From the NCBI RefSeq assembly GCF_006345805.1, contig NW_021825966.1, positions 1 through 13,882 on the forward strand: a stretch of DNA of 13,882 nucleotides. Direction: 5' to 3'. Positions 8,487 through 13,882 of the stretch are shown here, piece after piece. The first letter of the stretch is position 1. Every line of letters begins with the position of its first letter. This stretch comes from Octopus sinensis. Taxonomy: Eukaryota. A program made the translations under genes and the position numbers. The notes under the pieces are model-generated. The model worked only from the letters and a program-made list of their open reading frames with translations. It ran no database searches and had not been told where the DNA came from.

Positions 8487-9251
8487 TAATAATTTCAAAT
8501 TTTGCCACAAGTGCAGCAATTTTGGGGTATGGGATGTCGCTTACATCGACACCAGTATTCAACAGGTACTCATTTTATCGACTCTGGAAGGAGAAAGGTA
8601 AAGTCGACCTCGTCGGAATTTGAACTCAGAACGTAGCGGCAGACGAAATACCTATTTCTTTATTACCCACAAGGGGTTAAACACAGAGGGGACAAACAAG
8701 GACAGACACACGGATTAAGCCGATTACATCGACCCCAGTGCGTAACTGGTACTTATTTAATCGACCCCGAAAGGATGAAAGGCAAAGTTGACCTCGGCGG
8801 AATTTGAACTCAGAACGTAGTGGCAGACGAAATACCTATTTCTTTATTACCCACAAGGGGCTAAACACAGAGAGGACAAACAAGGACATACAAACGGATT
8901 AAGCCGATTACATCGACCTCAGTGCGTAACTGGTACTTATTTAATCGACCCCGAAAGGATGAAAGGCAAAGTTGACCTCGGCGGAATTTGAACTCAGAAC
9001 GTAGCGGCAGACGAAATACCTATTTCTTTACTACCCACAAGGGGCTAAACACAGAGGGGACAAACAAGGACAGACAAACGGATTAAGTCGATTATATCGA
9101 CCCCAGTGTGTAACTGGTACTTATTTAATCGACCCCGAAAGGATGAAAGGCAAAGTCAACCTCGGCGGAATTTGAACTCAGAACGTAGCGGCAGACGAAA
9201 TAACGCTAATCATTTCGTCAAACGCGCTAACGATTCTGCCTCCACGCCGCC
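8450..9251 (-). mobile_element. Host SINE (head 9205-9251, body and own tail 8493-8652, (TTA)n end) interrupted by three 184-bp units
   Basis: The head GGCGGCGTGGAGGCAGAATCGTTAGC...TTAGC and the distal body ...CCCCAAAATTGCTGCACTTGTGGCAAAATTTGAAA(TTA)n together make one diverged SINE. Confidence 0.85.
8653..9204 (-). repeat. Three near-identical 184-bp units (8653-8836, 8837-9020, 9021-9204), each a SINE body plus a LINE-like 3' tail
   Basis: Exact 184-bp period (AAGTYRACC at 8601, 8785, 8969, 9153). Each unit ends ...GTGGGTARTAAAGAAATA and is followed by GGTATTTCGTCTGCC. Confidence 0.95.
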
Positions 9252-9267
9252 ATAAAGTCGCCCGTGT

Positions 9268-9400
9268 AATGATGATTTCAAGTTTTTGCCAGCAGTTGTT
9301 GAGAGGAGGGGCAAGTCGATTCATTGATTCCAGTACGTGACTGTTATTCATTTCATTCACTTAGAGGTTGCAACGCCAAACCGACCACAGAGGAATGTGA
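9268..9400 (-). mobile_element. Highly eroded SINE fragment, same family as 4963-5140
   Basis: AAGTCGATTCATTGATTCCAGT...CCGACC...GGAATGTGAA parallels AAGTCGATTATATCGACCCCAGT...TCGACC...GGAATTTGAA. Confidence 0.55.
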
Positions 9401-9459
9401 AAAGGCCATCAAAATAATAACTACCTTATGAGATCTTAAAGAATTGAGGATTTACGTAT

Positions 9460-9530
9460 ACCTGTATACAGAAATATCATCTACTATACTCTCAAACACT
9501 GCCAGAAATAAATTGCGCATGAATATCTGT

Positions 9531-9535
<5 letters not shown>
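9460..9535 (+). repeat. 76-bp direct repeat, left copy
   Basis: 74/76 identical to 12732-12807 by manual alignment. Confidence 0.95.

Positions 9536-9600
<65 letters not shown>
9531..9600. repeat. (TATC)n microsatellite, 5' flank of LINE copy B
   Basis: Direct reading; perfect repeat. Confidence 0.98.
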
Positions 9601-9601
<1 letters not shown>

Positions 9602-10244
9602 CCTTCAAACGGGAAGGAAGAGCTATTTTCATCATCCTTGTGGCTATGGCGAAAGAATATATCTGGTGGACGCGTCTGAAAGGATTGGAGACAAACACTT
9701 TCCTCTCTGGTCAATCTCTCATCAACTTCTTCAAGTACCACTTGAAAAGGAAAGTGAGAGTAGAGAGGCAAGTTTTGTCTAGCGAATGTTTTAAAAAATG
9801 ATGGGTGAATGTAGCAAGAATGGCACGTATGAATGACGAAGCCACCTTGAGCATAGTCCTATGAACCCAGAAATCGAAAACAGAGAGTTGCTTTTTTATT
9901 TGCAAAAAAAAAAAAAAAAAAAAAAGAATATAAAATGTGACTTCATTGACCGAGGTTACCGTGGTCTTTTCCGTAGGCTTTTCTTTCCACGGGTAAACCT
10001 CACCTGTCCTCCCTTTAACACTTCATATTGACATTTCTGTGATAACGATCCCTATTGATCAATTTTTTTTCCTCCCCCCCTTTTTTTTTTTTTTTTTAAC
10101 CCCCCTTTTTTTGTCTCTTTCTCTCCTTTTACGATCCCTTTGATCAAACTCCCCCTTCCTTTTTTTTTTTTAAAACCTTCAAAGAAAAGCTCTACCTTGT
10201 AATTGTTCTATCTGTGTGCAGCCCTGTGTGGCTATAAAGAAACA
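9601..10244 (+). mobile_element. Tx1/L1-type LINE copy B, 5'-truncated
   Basis: Nearly identical to 11112-11738. It carries an in-frame TGA at 9799-9801 where copy A has AGA, and ends TATAAAGAAACA|(TATC)n. Confidence 0.92.
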
Positions 10245-10275
<31 letters not shown>

Positions 10276-10350
10276 TTATCCATCCGTCTCCGTCCGTCCA
10301 TCCTTCCATCCATCCATCCATCATCCATCTTCTATCTATCAACTTTTCTT

Positions 10351-10395
<45 letters not shown>

Positions 10396-10498
10396 TTATC
10401 CATCCGTCCGTCCGTCCGTCCATCCATCCATCCATCCATCCATCCATCTATCTATCTATCAACTTTTCTTTCTATCTATCTATCTATCTATCTATCTA
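10245..10498. repeat. (TATC)n/(CATC)n compound microsatellite with an internal ~125-bp duplication
   Basis: TATTTATCCATCCGTC...AACTTTTCTTTCTATC occurs twice. Confidence 0.92.
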
Positions 10499-11738
10499 GT
10501 GGTTGATGATGCGCAGACACGCGCTGAGACTGCGACATCTCTGGCTCTATGTAGACGACGGTGAACAGGTGTGGTCGCCGTTTGTGAGGCACGCTTTCCC
10601 GCAGCTCGTCTCCATGACCGAACTGCAGTCGTGGATCAAAAAGAGGCCGAGGAAGGGCGAATGGCACCGCGAGTGTCGCGTTGCTCTCAAGCAACTCTGC
10701 CGTCCTGGGTCGACCTTAAGTGACTTCAACACAACCAAAGCATTCTATAGGGGTTTAGTGGAGGGGAGGTACGACGACGAGCTCGGGTCGAACCTGGACG
10801 TCGACGAGGAGTACCTGACCCGCCTGTTCAGGACGACTTTCGGGCCAGGATCCATGGACAACTTCCAGAGATCCCTGGCCTGGCAGTGCTACCGAGAAGC
10901 GCTACCCGTTCGGGATAAGCTCTACAGACACGGCTCGAGAAACACGGGGCCGACCTGCCCGAGATGCGGTCAGAGCGACGAAACCGTTCTGCACGCACTC
11001 GTTCAGTGTCCAACAATTTCCGACCTGTGGGCTTGTGTCGAACAACTGCTGTCACGTGTGGGACGAGTCGGTTTATCAGCTGAGTGTATCGTCAATATTG
11101 TCACGCCTCCTTCCTTCAAACGGGAAGGAAGAGCTATTTTCATCATCCTTGTGGCTATGGCGAAAGAATGTATCTGGTGGACGCGTCTGAAAGGATTGGA
11201 GACAACACTTTCCTCTCTGGTCAATCTCTCATCAACTTCTTCAAGTACCACTTGAAAAGGAAAGTGAGAGTAGAGAGGCAAGTTTTGTCTAGCGAATGTT
11301 TTAAAAAAGATGGGTGAATGTAGCAAGAATGGCACGTATGAATGACGAAGCCACCTTGAGCATAGTCCTATGAACCCAGAATCGAAAACAGAGAGTTGCT
11401 TATTTGCAAAAAAAAAAAAAAAAAAAAAGAAATATAAAATGTGACTTCATTGACCGAGGTTACCGTGGTCTTTTCCGTAGGCTTTTCTTTCCACGGGTAA
11501 ACCTCACCTGTCCTCCCCTTTACACTTCATATTGACATTTCTGTGATAACGATCCCTATTGATCAATTTTTTTTTTTTTCCTCCCCCCCTTTTTTTGTCC
11601 TCTTTCTCTCCTTTTACGATCCCTTTTGATCGAAACTCCCCCTTCCCCTTTTTTTCTTTTTTTTCTAACCCTTCAAAAGAAAGCTCTACCTTGTAATTTG
11701 TTCTATCTGTTGCAGCCCTTGTGGCTAATAAAGAAACA
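10499..11738 (+). mobile_element. Tx1/L1-type LINE copy C, 5'-truncated (~1.24 kb)
   Basis: ORF2 C-terminal region plus 3' UTR. AATAAA at 11727-11732, no poly(A) tail, and (TATC)n on both sides. Confidence 0.92.
10500..11373 (+). pseudogene. C-terminal fragment of LINE ORF2 (post-RT region plus zf-RVT-type zinc knuckle), frameshifted twice
   Basis: Motifs SLAWQCYREALPV, C-x2-C-x8-H-x4-C (CPRCGQSDETVLHALVQC, 10956-11009) and AKECIWWTR are typical of L1/Tx1 ORF2 ends. Restoring one A at ~11204 (present in copy B) and one at 11303-11308 (present in copy A) gives a continuous frame to TGA at 11371-11373. Confidence 0.88.
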
Positions 11739-11803
<65 letters not shown>

Positions 11804-11846
11804 GTGTGTGTGTGTGTTGTGTGTGTGTGTGTGTGTGTGTGTGTGT
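11739..11846. repeat. (TATC)n followed by (TG)n
   Basis: Direct reading. Confidence 0.97.
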
Positions 11847-12067
11847 CTATTCTCTTTACTCTCTTTTACTTGTTTTAGTCATTTGACTGCGGCCATGCTG
11901 GAGCACCACCTTTAGTCGAGCACATCGACCACAGTACTTATTCTATCGGTCCCTTTTGCCGAACCGCTAAGTTACGGGAAAGTAAACACTCCAGCATCGG
12001 TTTTCAAGCGATGTCGGGGAGACAAACACAGACAGACAGACAGACAAACACACACACACACAGACAC

Positions 12068-12110
<43 letters not shown>

Positions 12111-12273
12111 CATACATACGACGGGCTTCTTTCAGTTTCCGTCTACCAAATCCACTCACAAGGCGTTGGTCAGCCCGAGGCTATAGAAGAAGAGACTCGC
12201 CGAATGTGCCACGCAGTGGGACTGAACCCGGACCATGTGGTTGGTAAGAAAGCTACTTACCACACAGCCACTC

Positions 12274-12274
<1 letters not shown>
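11847..12274 (-). mobile_element. Full-length tRNA-derived SINE with an internal (TG)n tract
   Basis: Minus strand AGAGTGGCTGTGTGGTAAG (A box), GGGTTCAGTCCC (B box), central GCCTTGTGAGTGGATTTGGTAGACGGAAACTGAAAGAAGCCCGTCG, and tail CAGCATGGCCGCAGTCAAATGACT...AAAAGAG. Partial copies lie at 4796 and 7593. Confidence 0.88.
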
Positions 12275-12276
<2 letters not shown>

Positions 12277-12313
<37 letters not shown>

Positions 12314-12384
12314 TATCTATATATATATATATACACACACATATATACACATATATATATACATATATATATATATACATATAC

Positions 12385-12444
<60 letters not shown>
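12277..12444. repeat. (TA)n/(CA)n microsatellite
   Basis: Direct reading. Confidence 0.97.
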
Positions 12445-12445
<1 letters not shown>

Positions 12446-12506
12446 TTTTATTCTCGAATTTGATGACATATAGTGGTACAAAAGCCGACTCAAGAAATCT
12501 CAACTC

Positions 12507-12575
12507 AGACTTTTTATTGATGTACCTGAAGAGACCCAGGGCGGGTCGAAACATGTGTTGTACCGAATGAAGTCT
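12507..12575 (+). ncRNA. Type I hammerhead ribozyme motif inside a (TA)n-bounded fragment (~12445-12712), probably Penelope-like
   Basis: GTAC-CTGAAGA-GACCC-AGGGC-GGGTC-GAAA-CATGT-GTT-GTAC has an intact core, a perfect 5-bp stem II, a short stem III and a 4-bp proximal stem I that can extend through TTATT/AATGA and AGACT/AGTCT. Confidence 0.7.
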
Positions 12576-12731
12576 ATTACACATTCCATATATTTTACCA
12601 CAACCTGCACAACCTAGTTTCTGCAGTAAGTCTACGAATAACAACAGGTAATCGAAACTGTGCAGGTGCTTTACTCATCATCCTTCTAGACATATTCTGC
12701 AATTTCTCCATTATATATATATATATATATA

Positions 12732-12807
12732 ACCTGTATACAGAAATATCATCTACTATACTCTCAAATACTGACAGAAATAAATTGCGCATGAATATCT
12801 GTTCTAT
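12732..12807 (+). repeat. 76-bp direct repeat, right copy
   Basis: Matches 9460-9535 with 2 substitutions. Confidence 0.95.
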
Positions 12808-13200
12808 GTAGCATTTCAATATGAGCTACATATAGACATCCACAAATTCTGTAAGTTTAAGACCTTCCATCGGATCTCCATGAATCGAACTTTCTTCAAT
12901 GCAGTTAATCTTACACCCTCATTTGTATCTACCACTTTTGATGTTTGGGAATTCTCTGATGTTTTTTCGGCTGACGAGTACGAGCCATCTGTATTTACTA
13001 CTGCATTTTTTGTAGTTTTAAAGATGTCCTCGTACGAAACAATTGTACCGAGATTTTAATCCATTCTTGTTGCTTTTTTCCTATTTGTAATCACCCCACT
13101 TGTCGTGTGGTTAACACACCATATATGTTTCCGGTGCATCCTAGTTAAGGACCATATTCATGTGAATTCATTAGAATTCACTTGAATCTTAATTACTTAA

Positions 13201-13241
<41 letters not shown>

Positions 13242-13246
<5 letters not shown>

Positions 13247-13443
13247 ATCCTTCAACTATCGCAGGTGTTACGTCCCAAAACTCTCTGCGATTAGTGAAAA
13301 TCTGCGAAGCAACCATATTTTTTTTAACTAGTTATATAATTTGTATATACTTATTTTTATATTCAAAACAACACCACGGAGGAATCGACGTAAGCTTAAT
13401 AATAAACCGCGATAGGTGACCGCGATATGGCAAGGGATTACTG
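13242..13443. mobile_element. MITE of Tc1/mariner (pogo/Tigger-like) type
   Basis: Imperfect ~24-bp TIRs: left TAGTAATCCTTCAACTATCGCAG, right (reverse complement) CAGTAATCCCTTGCCATATCGCGG. TA dinucleotide on both sides. Confidence 0.7.
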
Positions 13444-13448
13444 TAAAT

Positions 13449-13484
<36 letters not shown>

Positions 13485-13491
13485 TATATAT

Positions 13492-13597
13492 ATTTATTTT
13501 AAGAATGAGCTTCTACAGACTAGAACTGTTTCATCTGATGATTTCATTTGAATGAAAACAGTTCTAGTCCTGTAGAAGCTCCTTCTATAAAATAAAT
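13492..13597. repeat. Long inverted repeat (~43-bp arms, 17-nt spacer)
   Basis: ATTTATTTTAAGAATGAGCTTCTACAGACTAGAACTGTTTCAT pairs with ATGAAAACAGTTCTAGTCCTGTAGAAGCTCCTTCTATAAAATAAAT, with a few single-base bulges. Confidence 0.88.
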
Positions 13598-13674
13598 TAT
13601 TTACTCTGCTATGTATTGAGTACCTTATTTACTGTGGTTAACCCCAACTCAACCCGAACCTAAATATATATAAT

Positions 13675-13707
<33 letters not shown>

Positions 13708-13882
13708 TATATATATATATATACCCCTTTAATTTACTCTTCCTTTAAGTAGGGATTAACAAAAAGCCTCAAAATAACTTAGGGACACAGGGCACATTAT
13801 ATAATCTGTTTAAAACGCAGTGTCCCTGGGGTAAGGGGATAATTGTAGGTTTTATTTTAAATACTCTGCACTTAAATGATAC

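Noticed and set aside
8601-9204. Regularly spaced repeats as a CRISPR array
   Set aside because: Whole 184-bp units repeat with no unique spacers, the context is eukaryotic SINE sequence, and there are no cas genes.
12732-13135. Partly open frames on both strands, possibly a decayed exon ending CAG|GT on the minus strand
   Set aside because: Requires stops and a frameshift and has no recognisable homology. It cannot be supported without BLASTX.

Overview
Repeat-dense, AT-rich animal genomic DNA. It is most likely a coleoid cephalopod such as Octopus, judged from SINE families I recognise from memory, not from a search. No complete host gene is present, and almost all ORFs in the track are microsatellite artefacts. 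The window holds (i) three 5'-truncated copies of a Tx1/L1-type LINE, each embedded in the same orientation in (TATC)n; (ii) a tRNA-derived SINE interrupted at one exact nucleotide by three 184-bp units whose 3' tail matches that LINE's 3' end, suggesting a self-targeting SINE that uses a Tx1-type partner; (iii) an R4/Dong-like fragment in an (ATC/ATT)n tract; (iv) an ~865-bp head-to-tail repeat and two hammerhead-ribozyme-like motifs suggestive of Penelope-like elements; and (v) a non-autonomous Helitron, a pogo/Tigger-like MITE, several other SINEs, a 76-bp duplication bracketing a 3.2-kb insertion nest, and two tentative minus-strand exons.
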